44,298 nucleotides of DNA from NCBI GenBank assembly GCA_036679645.1, contig JAZDCY010000084.1, forward strand, positions 1-44,298, given 5' to 3'. Below, one piece after another: positions 29,666 through 38,998 of this stretch; within the stretch, counting starts at the first letter, position 1, and each line of letters starts with the position of its first letter. Made by a program: the position numbers and the translations under genes. Source of the stretch: Gemmatimonadota bacterium. GTDB taxonomy: Bacteria; Gemmatimonadota; Gemmatimonadetes; Gemmatimonadales; GWC2-71-9. Below the pieces are notes generated by a model, which was given only the letters and a program-made list of their open reading frames with translations, had not been told where the DNA came from and ran no database searches.

Positions 29666-29935
29666 ATGCCCTACATCATTGCCGAGACATGCATCGACGT
29701 GAAGGACCGTGGATGTGTCGACGTGTGCCCGGTCGATTGTATCTACGAGGGCGACGACCAGCTCTACATCCACCCAGACGAGTGTATCGATTGCGGTGCA
29801 TGCGAGCCGGAGTGCCCGGTCACCGCCATCTTCCCGGAGGAGGACGTGCCTCCGGAGTGGGAGACCTTCATCGCAAAGAACCGGGTGTACTTCGAGACGG
29901 GTGAGGACCGGCAGGTCGCACAAGGCCGCGGCTGA
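29666..29935 (+). CDS. fdxA: FdxA-type dicluster ferredoxin
   Basis: MPYIIAETCIDVKDRGCVDVCPVDCI...ECIDCGACEPECPV. Confidence 0.93.
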   Translation: MPYIIAETCIDVKDRGCVDVCPVDCIYEGDDQLYIHPDECIDCGACEPECPVTAIFPEEDVPPEWETFIAKNRVYFETGEDRQVAQGRG

Positions 29936-30051
29936 GCCGTTGCCGGTTGTGTTGTCTCACGGGGCTCCGCGGTGACGCTGCGGGGCCCCGCTTCGCGTAC
30001 GCGCTGCCGACGACATGCTCATCGCCAAGGTTCCGCGCCGTTAACGACGCA

Positions 30052-30417
30052 CTAGAGCCGCGACAGATGGGTGTCCTTGAATGCGGTGGCATACTTGAGG
30101 CCGAATCCGAGCACGCGGTCGAGACCGATGTGGGCCAACCAGATGAGCCCCGCCAGCGCCCACACGCGGGACGGACCGGCCACCGCCGCCACGATGAGCA
30201 GGAGGGGCAAAGTGCTCGTGTGGCTGAGATTGTAGGTCGCGGCACCAACTCGTGCACTTGCCAGGTACCCAAGAAACGCGAGATCGGGCGCGAGAAAGAA
30301 TAGCGCAAACATCCCCCACCCCCCATCCATCGCCCAGTACGCGGCCACACTCGCCGCCACCAGGGCAAGTCCTTCGACCCGCAACAGTACCCGTGGCCCC
30401 ATCGGTGTCATCGCCAT
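30052..30417 (-). CDS. DUF4260-family membrane protein
   Basis: LLRVEG, LAPDL, YNLSH and AHIGLDRVLGFGLKY...FKDTHL motifs. Confidence 0.88.
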   Translation of the reverse strand: MAMTPMGPRVLLRVEGLALVAASVAAYWAMDGGWGMFALFFLAPDLAFLGYLASARVGAATYNLSHTSTLPLLLIVAAVAGPSRVWALAGLIWLAHIGLDRVLGFGLKYATAFKDTHLSRL

Positions 30418-30596
30418 CAGTCCCCCGCTTGTGCGCCGTTCTTCCGCAGCAGCACCGCCGTCGAATCAAGGCCGCTCTCGTTGCACGTGCGACCAAAGAT
30501 AGCGTACGGGGTACGCCTGTGAGACACACCCTTGCGGATGCTCACGACACGCGGTTAGCCTGCGCTCGCACCATCGATATCCACCACGGAGGCCGG

Positions 30597-32525
30597 ATGC
30601 ATCGCATCCCCATCCTGTTCTCGGTTGCCGCCATCGTCACGACATCATCCCTGGCGGCCCAGCGCCCCGTTCCTTATCCCGTCACCCCGTCTCCTGAGTT
30701 TGCTCGGGCGCTCGAGCGTGGCACCAGAACGGTCACAGGCGCACCGGGACCACAGTACTGGCAGCAATGGGCCGACTACACGCTCACCGCACGGATTGAC
30801 CCCGCAACGAAACGCGTCGACGGTACGGCGCGGATCATGTATCGCAACCGCGCACCCGACCCGCTGCCCGTGGTGTTCCTGCACCTGCGCCAGAACATCC
30901 ACGCCGAGGGCGCCGTGCGAAACGAGCCCCAGGAGGTTACCGGGGGCATCGAAGTGCGAAGGGTTACCGCAGGCGGGCAGGCGTTACGGGAGGGACCGCT
31001 GGCCGGGGGACCGGCATGGACGGTCCAGGGCACGATCATGGCCGTGCGCCCGCCTGTGCCCGTCACACCGGGTGGGACGCTGACACTCGAGATCGAGTGG
31101 GGATTCACCATTCCTCAATCCGGCGCCGGCCGCATGGGATGGAGCGAAGACAATCTCTTGTTCATTGCATACTGGTACCCACAGATGGCGGTCTACGACG
31201 ACGTAGTGGGGTGGCATGTGGACCCATACCTCGGTGGTGCCGAGTTCTACGCCGGGTTCGGGAGCTACGACGTCACGGTGGAAGCACCCCCCGGCTGGCT
31301 CGTGATGGGAACCGGCCACCTGGAAAACACGGGTGAGGTGCTACCCAACAACATCAGTGAGCGGCTGGCGCGGGCGGAGCAGAGCGACGAAGTCGTGCAC
31401 ATCCTCACCGCGGACGATATCGCGTCCGGGCACGTCACCCGAGATGGGGGGCCGCTGCGCTGGCGGTTCGTGGCCGATACGGTCCGCGACGCGGCTTTCT
31501 CCGTGACCCGAGCCTCGTTGTGGGACGCCGCGCGGACGCCCGTCGGCGACCGGGACGGCGATGGGCAAATGGAATATGCGCGCGTCGATGCCATCTGGCG
31601 CTCATCGGCACCGCGTTGGGCGCAGACGTGGCGCTACGCACAACACTCCATCGATTTCCTCTCCCGTTGGACCGGTCTCTCGTATCCGTGGCCGCACATG
31701 ACCGCGGTCGAGGGAGGGGGCATCATCGGCGGTGGGATGGAGTTCCCCATGATGACGCTCATCGGGGACTACAACGAGCGCGGCGATAGCGCGCTATACT
31801 TCGTGACGGCACACGAGCTGGCACACATGTGGGTCCCCATGACGGTGAGCAACGACGAGAAACGCCGGGCGTGGATGGACGAAGGCACCACGACGTTCAA
31901 CGAGAATCAGGCACGGAAGGAGTTCTTCCCCGGTCTCAATCACGATCTCCCCGACCGGGAGTCGTATCTGGGTGTTGCGCGGCAGGAGATGGAGGGTGAA
32001 ATCATGCGCTGGTCGGACTACCAGTATCCCGGACCGGCGTACGGCACCGCATCGTACGCGAAGCCCGCGACCGGACTGACCACACTGCGCGCACTCTTGG
32101 GTGAGGAGCTATTCGTGACGGCCTACCGCGAGTACCTGCACCGCTGGCGTTACAAGCATCCCAAGCCATGGGATTTTTTCAACACGTTCAATAGCGTGAG
32201 CGGCCAAGACCTGGATTGGTTCTGGCGGAGCTGGTACTACGAGACCTGGACCCTCGACCAGGCGGTAGGCAGCGTCACCTCGCACAACGGCCATACGACG
32301 ATCGTGATCGAGGATCGGGGGCTCCTTCCCATGCCGGCACGTCTCACCATTACTCAGACGGACGGATCGGTGTTGCAACGGGAGGTGCCGGTCGAGACGT
32401 GGCTGGCCGGCGCTGTGCAGGCGGAGATCACGGTACCGGTCGATGACGTCGCCAGCGTCGAGATCGACGCGGCTAACCTGTTCCCTGATATCGACCGCGG
32501 CAACAACGTGTGGCGGCATCGATGA
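30597..32525 (+). CDS. Exported M1-family (gluzincin) metalloaminopeptidase
   Basis: Signal peptide, YWQQWADY, GGMEFP, HELAH-x18-E (WMDEG) and DLDWFW. Confidence 0.92.
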   Translation: MHRIPILFSVAAIVTTSSLAAQRPVPYPVTPSPEFARALERGTRTVTGAPGPQYWQQWADYTLTARIDPATKRVDGTARIMYRNRAPDPLPVVFLHLRQNIHAEGAVRNEPQEVTGGIEVRRVTAGGQALREGPLAGGPAWTVQGTIMAVRPPVPVTPGGTLTLEIEWGFTIPQSGAGRMGWSEDNLLFIAYWYPQMAVYDDVVGWHVDPYLGGAEFYAGFGSYDVTVEAPPGWLVMGTGHLENTGEVLPNNISERLARAEQSDEVVHILTADDIASGHVTRDGGPLRWRFVADTVRDAAFSVTRASLWDAARTPVGDRDGDGQMEYARVDAIWRSSAPRWAQTWRYAQHSIDFLSRWTGLSYPWPHMTAVEGGGIIGGGMEFPMMTLIGDYNERGDSALYFVTAHELAHMWVPMTVSNDEKRRAWMDEGTTTFNENQARKEFFPGLNHDLPDRESYLGVARQEMEGEIMRWSDYQYPGPAYGTASYAKPATGLTTLRALLGEELFVTAYREYLHRWRYKHPKPWDFFNTFNSVSGQDLDWFWRSWYYETWTLDQAVGSVTSHNGHTTIVIEDRGLLPMPARLTITQTDGSVLQREVPVETWLAGAVQAEITVPVDDVASVEIDAANLFPDIDRGNNVWRHR

Positions 32526-33406
32526 GCGCGGCACGCAGGAGCTGCGCGACACTCGCCATCCTGGCTGCCTCGGCAGCTCCCGCCGCTGCGCAGGGACCCG
32601 GCGGGACAGAGATATACGTCGCGCGGCTCACGAACCGCGGTGGCGTGCCCACGCTCAGCGAGCCCGTCAACATCACGCAACGGGTCGGGTACGACAATCA
32701 GCCGTCGTTCAGCCCCGACGGATCGCTCGTGTACTACACGTCGTACCGCGACGGGCAGGCGGACACATACCTCTATGTTCTCGCCGACCGCACGACGCGT
32801 CAGGTGACGGACACACCCGAAAGCGAGTACTCACCGACGGTAACACCGGCCGGCAACCGGTTCTCCGTCGTGCGGGTTGAGCAGGACTCGACGCAGCGAC
32901 TGTGGACCTTCGCGCTCGACGGCACCGACCCGCAACTCCTGATACCGTCGGTCGCGCCGGTCGGCTACCACACATGGCTCAGTGAGGAGATTGTCGCGCT
33001 GTTCGTGCTCGGATCGCCCAGTACGTTGCAGGTGCTCCATGCGCTCGCGGGAAGCCCCATCTGGTTGGCCGACAATGTTGGACGAACGCTCACGCGTCAT
33101 CCAACGACCGGAGACCTGACCTTTCTCCAGCACACGGACACCGACGAACGGTGGATAACCGTACAAGAAACAGAGTCGGGCGCGTTTCGGCGGCTCACAC
33201 AAACACCGACAAACGAGTTCTTCGCGTGGACCCCCGACGGGACGCTGCTCTCCGGTGACGGGGCGAGGTTGCTTGCGTTTCGCCCAGGCGACGCGGGCTG
33301 GCGGGAGATCGGGGACTTTGCATCGGCCGGACTGGCCGGGATCACCAGAATCGCGGTGAGCCCAGACGGGACACTCGTCGCGTTCGTCGCCGCGGAGGAG
33401 AGCTAG
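32522..33406 (+). CDS. Exported TolB-like (PD40) beta-propeller protein
   Basis: GYDNQPSFSPDG, ESEYSP and AVSPDG motifs. ATGA overlap with the peptidase gene. Confidence 0.82.
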   Translation: MSAARRSCATLAILAASAAPAAAQGPGGTEIYVARLTNRGGVPTLSEPVNITQRVGYDNQPSFSPDGSLVYYTSYRDGQADTYLYVLADRTTRQVTDTPESEYSPTVTPAGNRFSVVRVEQDSTQRLWTFALDGTDPQLLIPSVAPVGYHTWLSEEIVALFVLGSPSTLQVLHALAGSPIWLADNVGRTLTRHPTTGDLTFLQHTDTDERWITVQETESGAFRRLTQTPTNEFFAWTPDGTLLSGDGARLLAFRPGDAGWREIGDFASAGLAGITRIAVSPDGTLVAFVAAEES

Positions 33407-33409
33407 ACG

Positions 33410-33940
33410 ATGCCACACGTAGACTTTGCCACGCTGCCGGGTACCGCACGCGCCTGGGTGTTCGCCGCTTCCCGCAAGCTACGGCCCGCGGAGCGTGATG
33501 AGCTGCTCACCGGCGTGGATCGGTTTCTAGACGGTTGGGCTGCGCACGCTGTGCCGCTCACCTGCTCACGGGACTGGCGCTACGACCGGTTTCTGGTCGT
33601 TGGGGTAGACGAGGCGGCGGCGGGAGTATCGGGATGTTCGATCGATGCGCTGACCCATCTGTTACAGGAGGTGGAGCGACGCTTCGCTGTTACGATGCTG
33701 GACCACGGTCCGGTGCTCTACCGTTCGGGCAATGCGATTCGCCGGGAGTCGCGCAAGGCGTTCGGCGCGCTGGCGGAGACGGGCCAGGTAGACCTCGATA
33801 CCGTGGTGTTCGACAACACTATTAGTACGGTGGCTGCACTGCGAGCGGGAGAGTGGGAAACCGCCGCCCGCGGGACATGGCACGGACGCGCGTTCTTCGG
33901 TGTCGCACCACCCCCTCTCTCACCTTCCCCCGGGAGCTAG
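33410..33940 (+). CDS. Conserved hypothetical protein with SGCSID motif
   Basis: ARAWVF, WAAH, VDE, SGCSID and TVVFDN. GGAGGAG RBS. Confidence 0.78.
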   Translation: MPHVDFATLPGTARAWVFAASRKLRPAERDELLTGVDRFLDGWAAHAVPLTCSRDWRYDRFLVVGVDEAAAGVSGCSIDALTHLLQEVERRFAVTMLDHGPVLYRSGNAIRRESRKAFGALAETGQVDLDTVVFDNTISTVAALRAGEWETAARGTWHGRAFFGVAPPPLSPSPGS

Positions 33941-34636
33941 ACGACCCCTTCCCGGCTGTGGCACAGCACGCAACGATCGAAGACCTGCCCACCGACCCAA
34001 CTGGATCGCGAGAGACGCGGCGGGCAACAAGGGCGTGGCAATTGTCCGCACGAGGACGCGCGACTCGCGAATGGCCGTGCGGAACCCCGCGGCATCCGTA
34101 AAGGACGGCATTTCCGTCCGGCAGCGTCCAATTTCTGTCGCAAAATGCGCGTCCGACCCTCCTCCAATGGGAAGCCTACGAGCCGCAGCAGCCCTGGTCG
34201 CGAGTCGGTTCCAGCGCGGCCAAAAAGCCCGGGAGTTCGCCGCCTCCACGACATCCGCCACGTTCAGGACCGCGCGCGATCGCTCGGCCTTGCGAAACGG
34301 GTATGCGCAGGGATGCGGGGCGTAGACAACACCACCCTGATCGCGAATGCGCTCCGCCACCTCCTCGACCGGCAAACCCGCAGGAATCCGATCGTGCAGG
34401 AACAGTCCTATCAGGTGTACGCCACCCCAACAGTGCACCTCTTCACCAACGACCACGCGGTGCGGGTCGAGCGCGCGGGCCTCCAAGGCGCCCTCGATCT
34501 CGTTGTGATCGGTGACCGCCACCCGCTCGAGCCCCGCCGCCGCCGCTTGTTCGACCAACACCGCGGGCGGTAGCACCGAGTCGCACGAAAAGGACGTGTG
34601 TGTATGCAGATCGACGTGAATGCGATCCAACGACAT
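33920..34636 (-). CDS. PHP-domain metal-dependent phosphoesterase
   Basis: DLHTHT, VTDHN, GEE, PHP and GGSDAH motifs. Confidence 0.9.
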   Translation of the reverse strand: MSLDRIHVDLHTHTSFSCDSVLPPAVLVEQAAAAGLERVAVTDHNEIEGALEARALDPHRVVVGEEVHCWGGVHLIGLFLHDRIPAGLPVEEVAERIRDQGGVVYAPHPCAYPFRKAERSRAVLNVADVVEAANSRAFWPRWNRLATRAAAARRLPIGGGSDAHFATEIGRCRTEMPSFTDAAGFRTAIRESRVLVRTIATPLLPAASLAIQLGRWAGLRSLRAVPQPGRGRLAPGGR

Positions 34637-34701
34637 GCGGTCGATTCCTCAATCCTCGAGGGAGAGACTGAACTCCCCGCGAATTACGGGGCCTCCTTCG
34701 A

Positions 34702-34729
34702 GTATCGGCAAGGAGGATGCCAGATGTGA
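34702..34729 (-). promoter_or_regulatory. Possible sigma28-like promoter upstream of the PHP gene
   Basis: TCACA-N15-GCCGATAC on the minus strand. The -35 element is weak. Confidence 0.4.
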
Positions 34730-34749
34730 ACCGCGGAGAGCGTAACCCG

Positions 34750-35580
34750 CTACTCGGGATCCACCCGTGCGCACCAGAACTCCTCCCGTGGGCCCAGCGT
34801 GCCAACCCCTTCCGAGCATGGCCGGGGAGTCGGCTCTTCGAGGCGCGCCGCGGCCAGCCACTCACGTTCCAGGTCATCCGTCGACGAGCCAAGCGACACA
34901 GACAGGTTCTGGCTCTGGAAGAGCTGGAGCCAGACATCCCGCCCAAAACGTTCCATCACCCAACGCGTAAAACTCCCCGCCTCTACAAAGACCTGCCAGG
35001 CAAACGCGTCCCCACTCGAACCGTGCAGCGAAAACGAAAAACTCCCTGCCCGATAGGCAGAAAAAAGAGAAATCGTAGTCCCCCGGTCGGCAAACAACGA
35101 AACCCAGGCGTGCGGCGGTTGCCCCCGGTACGGATTGACGCTCCTGCCGGCTGGGAGAAGGATCTCGGTAACGTAGACCGCAATACCCTCCTCCAGAAAG
35201 GCGCGCCGCGTGTATCTCGTCCAGAGGTGCGTCAGCTGATGCGGGATGTAGTCCAACGACAGCGACTCCAACCACTGGTTCATGCTGTTGTCGCCGGGAT
35301 CGACGAACGGGAGACCATCTCCGGCGCGCAGGTTGAAGACAATGGTCTCCGGCGGGACGAACTCCGCAAAGAAAGCCGCGACGCGTTCCCGCTCAAACTC
35401 GAGCCGCACGGCGAGTGAATCCAGCAGGGCTGGGGACGTCCCGGCTTGGTCCAGAATCAGGAAATTGGCGGTCTCAACCACCACCGGGTCTACCGGCACC
35501 GTCACGGGCGCGACGGGCTCGGACCCGCACGCACTCAAAGCGAGTACAACAGACGACAAACAAACCGCGTGTCGATTCAT
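34750..35580 (-). CDS. Putative lipoprotein with a gluzincin-like fold and HQxxH instead of HExxH
   Basis: Lipobox LSAC and IPHQLTHLW...FLEEGIAVY. Confidence 0.7.
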   Translation of the reverse strand: MNRHAVCLSSVVLALSACGSEPVAPVTVPVDPVVVETANFLILDQAGTSPALLDSLAVRLEFERERVAAFFAEFVPPETIVFNLRAGDGLPFVDPGDNSMNQWLESLSLDYIPHQLTHLWTRYTRRAFLEEGIAVYVTEILLPAGRSVNPYRGQPPHAWVSLFADRGTTISLFSAYRAGSFSFSLHGSSGDAFAWQVFVEAGSFTRWVMERFGRDVWLQLFQSQNLSVSLGSSTDDLEREWLAAARLEEPTPRPCSEGVGTLGPREEFWCARVDPE

Positions 35581-35723
35581 GGGCCTTCTCCTGCGTGTGG
35601 GCGCACGTATCCGCAAATTACACACCGTCCGGCGGGATCACCACTCGTACAATCTGTCCGCACACAACCCTCACAAAAGCCGTAGGTTTGCCGGTACACT
35701 ATGGGGCCTCCGGGAGGGGCGAC

Positions 35724-37364
35724 ATGAGACCGTTGCCGCATCCATTGCCCACGGGCGTGGCGCTGCTGTATGACCCGACCTTGAACAAAGGAACTGCGTT
35801 TTCCCAGCGTGAGCGTGACACTCTCGGCCTGCAGGGCCTCTTGCCCCCGCGCGTGCTAACGATGGAGGACCAGCTGGCCCGGATCATCGAGAACTTCCGG
35901 CTCAAGCCGTCGGATATCGATAAGTACATCTATATGGTCGCGCTCCAGGACCGGAATGAGACGCTTTTTTACCGCGCTGTAGTCGATCATGTCGAGCAGA
36001 TGATGCCGATCATCTATACCCCGACCGTGGGCGAAGCGTGCCAGCGGTACGGGCATCTCTTCCGGCGGTCGCGCGGCCTGTACATCACAGCCAAGCACCG
36101 CGGCCGAATCCGAGAGCTGCTGGGGAACTGGCCGGAGCGAGATATCGGCGTAATCGTCGTGACGGACGGAGAACGGATCCTGGGGCTGGGAGACCTTGGC
36201 GCCTACGGCATCGGTATCCCAATCGGCAAGCTGGCGCTCTACACGGCGCTGGCCGGCATTCACCCCGCGGTCTGTCTTCCCGTCATGCTGGACGTGGGAA
36301 CGAATCGGAAAGAACTGTTGGAAGATCCGCTCTACACGGGCCTGACGCAGGAGCGCCTACGGGGTAAACCCTACGACGACTTGGTGGAAGAGTTCGTGGT
36401 GGCCGTCCAGGACGCGTTTCCGAACGCCCTGATCCAGTTCGAGGACTTCGCCACGCAAAACGCGTTCGGTCTCCTCGCACGATACCGAGACCGCGTGTGC
36501 TGTTTCAACGACGACATCCAAGGCACCGCTGCCGTCACGCTCGCTGGAGTTCTGTCGGCCAGTCGCGTGACAGGGCATGAGCTCGTCGAGCATACGATTC
36601 TCTTTCAGGGGGCCGGCGCTGCTGCCGTTGGCATTGCCGATCTCTTCGTCAGCGCCTTCGTACGGGACGGTCTCGACGAGCCTGCCGCGCGGTCGCGGAT
36701 CTGGTTCGTCGATTCCCGTGGACTGGTCGTGGACGGGCGCGACCACCTCGCACCACACAAGCTGCGTTACGCGCACAAACACGAGTTCCTGCCCGACCTG
36801 GCAAGCGCCGTCGCACGATTGCAGCCTACCGTACTCGTTGGCGTCTCGGGCCAGCCGGGGGCGTTCACCGAACCCATCGTGCGCGATATGGCCCGCTTCA
36901 ACGAGCGGCCCATCATCTTTGCGCTGTCCAACCCGACGGCCAAGGCGGAGTGTACGGCTGAGAACGCATACCGCTGGACGGACGGCAAAGCGGTCTTCGC
37001 CAGTGGGAGTCCCTTCGATCCCGTCGAACTGAACGGCCAACGCCTCGTGCCCGGACAGGGGAACAACGCGTACATCTTCCCGGGCGTGGGACTCGGCGTT
37101 ATGGCATCCGGTGCCACGCGCGTCACCGACGACATGTTCTATTCCGCCGCGCTCTCCCTTGCCGAGTACGCCGATGAGGGGACTCGGGAAGAAGCGCGTG
37201 TGTACCCGTCACTCACGTCTATACGCGACGTGTCGGCCCGGATCGCCGTGGCCGTAGCGAACGAGGCCTATGCGGCGAACCTCGCCACGGTGCCGGCACC
37301 GGACGACATGATGGCCCGCGTGCGATCGCTGATGTGGGATCCGGTCTATCGATCGTACGTGTAG
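35724..37364 (+). CDS. maeA: NAD(P)-dependent malic enzyme (MaeA/SfcA type)
   Basis: NKGTAF, YTPTVG, TDGERILGLGDLG, QFEDF, FNDDIQGT, GAGAA, LSNPT and QGNN.YIFPG motifs. Confidence 0.93.
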   Translation: MRPLPHPLPTGVALLYDPTLNKGTAFSQRERDTLGLQGLLPPRVLTMEDQLARIIENFRLKPSDIDKYIYMVALQDRNETLFYRAVVDHVEQMMPIIYTPTVGEACQRYGHLFRRSRGLYITAKHRGRIRELLGNWPERDIGVIVVTDGERILGLGDLGAYGIGIPIGKLALYTALAGIHPAVCLPVMLDVGTNRKELLEDPLYTGLTQERLRGKPYDDLVEEFVVAVQDAFPNALIQFEDFATQNAFGLLARYRDRVCCFNDDIQGTAAVTLAGVLSASRVTGHELVEHTILFQGAGAAAVGIADLFVSAFVRDGLDEPAARSRIWFVDSRGLVVDGRDHLAPHKLRYAHKHEFLPDLASAVARLQPTVLVGVSGQPGAFTEPIVRDMARFNERPIIFALSNPTAKAECTAENAYRWTDGKAVFASGSPFDPVELNGQRLVPGQGNNAYIFPGVGLGVMASGATRVTDDMFYSAALSLAEYADEGTREEARVYPSLTSIRDVSARIAVAVANEAYAANLATVPAPDDMMARVRSLMWDPVYRSYV

Positions 37365-37480
37365 GCAGGGCCGGCGGCGCGACCTCCCGCGCCCACCGTC
37401 ACACGCTGCAACCACTGCGCCGAAACCCCGCGGCGCCATGTTGCGTAGGGCGAAATGACTCATACCATCAGGAGCACAAG

Positions 37481-37822
37481 ATGAACAGCTATCCCGCACG
37501 CCGCGGGAACGTCATGAGCGCCATGGGCTGGATGCTTGGGCTCTCCGCCGCGCTCTTCTGGATACCCGTGGTGGGCGGCCTGGTCGCGGGATTCGTAGGT
37601 GGCCGGAAAGCCGGAGGAGTTGGTCCCGCCATCATCGCCGTGTTCCTCCCCGGGCTCTTGCTCTTCGTACTGTCGCTGCTGCTCGGCGGCCTGCTCGGAT
37701 GGATCCCGATCATCGGCAACCTCGTAATGATGATCGTCGGCATGGGGTCCGTCATGTTGTCAGTGCTGAACGTGTTGCCGCTGTTGGTCGGAGCCATCCT
37801 GGGCGGCGCGACCGCCAAATAA
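37481..37822 (+). CDS. Small Gly-rich integral membrane protein
   Basis: GGAG RBS and a repeated WIP.(V/I)G hydrophobic unit. Confidence 0.75.
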   Translation: MNSYPARRGNVMSAMGWMLGLSAALFWIPVVGGLVAGFVGGRKAGGVGPAIIAVFLPGLLLFVLSLLLGGLLGWIPIIGNLVMMIVGMGSVMLSVLNVLPLLVGAILGGATAK

Positions 37823-37839
37823 CGCGCAGGGCGCATGCC

Positions 37840-37985
37840 GTGCGCGGTAGGGGCGCGTGCAGTGCGCCCCCGGGCTGCGTGCGCGGTAGGGGCGCGTGCA
37901 GTGCGCCCCCGGGCTGCGTGCGCGGTAGGGGGCGCACTGCGTGCGCCCCCGCCCCCGCCTCCGGGCGCACGCCATGCGCCCCTAC
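37840..37985. repeat. GTAG-family REP-like array (39-bp period)
   Basis: GTAGGGGCGC...GCGCCCCC palindromes starting at 37847, 37886 and 37925, plus an inverted copy ending CGCCCCTAC at 37985. Confidence 0.8.
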
Positions 37986-38998
37986 CGCCGTATGGCCACG
38001 CGTCCCGTTTCGAGGACTATTCGTTCGCCGGGCCGGCGACGTCGGTTTTCGGCGGCAACTTCTGCAACCCGCGCTTCCCAGGCGGCTCGACGTACCTCAT
38101 TCGCGACAACATTGTCGGGATACGGCCGGCCAGGCCTCCGCTCGAAGAAGCCGATGACCCCTGCGGCCGCGAGGACCAGCGCGGTCGCGAACTTGGGTCC
38201 GTCGTTGTCCGTGAAGACCGGTACGACCACGAGCGCCGCCCCAGCAGCCCCCAGCCCGAGACCCAGGCGGAGAAGACCCGGTCCCAGCGGCTCGCGCTGG
38301 GGCAGGAAATCGGGCGCGGGAGGACGCACGAGCGAATCGCGCATGGTGCGCGCAAGCCGGATCGGAACGTCGACGGTGCGCACCGGCTCGTCACCATCCC
38401 CCATCGACGACACACTCATGTTGTAGAGACCTTCAGCCAACCGGCGGCGGCGAGCGCCCCGCCCGTCCCACACGACGCGCGCGCTGTCCTCCACCAGCCC
38501 GTCATGGAGTGTACGCACGGCGCGACCGGCCGCGTCTTCGATACGCACACGTACGTGGTGGGGTGTGCTAGGATATAGCCGCGTGGCAAGACCACCTCGG
38601 CCCGGTTCGAAGGTGACACGACGGACCGTCTCCACCGCTACGACCATAGTCTGGCGGCGGGCCTGGTCAAATGCATCGAGGACGCGAGGGGCAAACGCGA
38701 GCCGATCGAGACGATATCTGGGATCCGTCTGAATGAGACGCTCGAACGCCGCGAAGGCGGAGTCGCGCCGATCCCGATAGAACTCGGCCGCGCCGAGATA
38801 CGCGAGGGCGTGCGTCCGATCTGCCTCTGGAAGATCGTGGGCGCCGAGCGAGAGGCGCAGCATCCGGGTAGCAGCCTCCATCTCGAGCGCGCGAAACGCG
38901 TCAATACCCTGCACGAGGAACTGAGGGCCTGTCTGCGCGACGGCGGGAACCGGCGCAGCCATCACGGCGGCGAGCACCGCAAGGTGCGCAACGCGCAT
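37982..38998 (-). CDS. Exported/membrane protein with a TPR-like region and FlgD-Ig-like domain
   Basis: Signal peptide, ALAYLGAA TPR-like helices, GRAVRTL...VVWDGR...GLY and two C-terminal hydrophobic helices. TGATG-coupled to the kinase. Confidence 0.72.
   Translation of the reverse strand: MRVAHLAVLAAVMAAPVPAVAQTGPQFLVQGIDAFRALEMEAATRMLRLSLGAHDLPEADRTHALAYLGAAEFYRDRRDSAFAAFERLIQTDPRYRLDRLAFAPRVLDAFDQARRQTMVVAVETVRRVTFEPGRGGLATRLYPSTPHHVRVRIEDAAGRAVRTLHDGLVEDSARVVWDGRGARRRRLAEGLYNMSVSSMGDGDEPVRTVDVPIRLARTMRDSLVRPPAPDFLPQREPLGPGLLRLGLGLGAAGAALVVVPVFTDNDGPKFATALVLAAAGVIGFFERRPGRPYPDNVVANEVRRAAWEARVAEVAAENRRRRPGERIVLETGRVAIRR

Noticed and set aside
37840..37985. Possible CRISPR array
   Set aside because: Units are contiguous with identical linkers, with no unique spacers and no cas genes. 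It fits a REP-like array.
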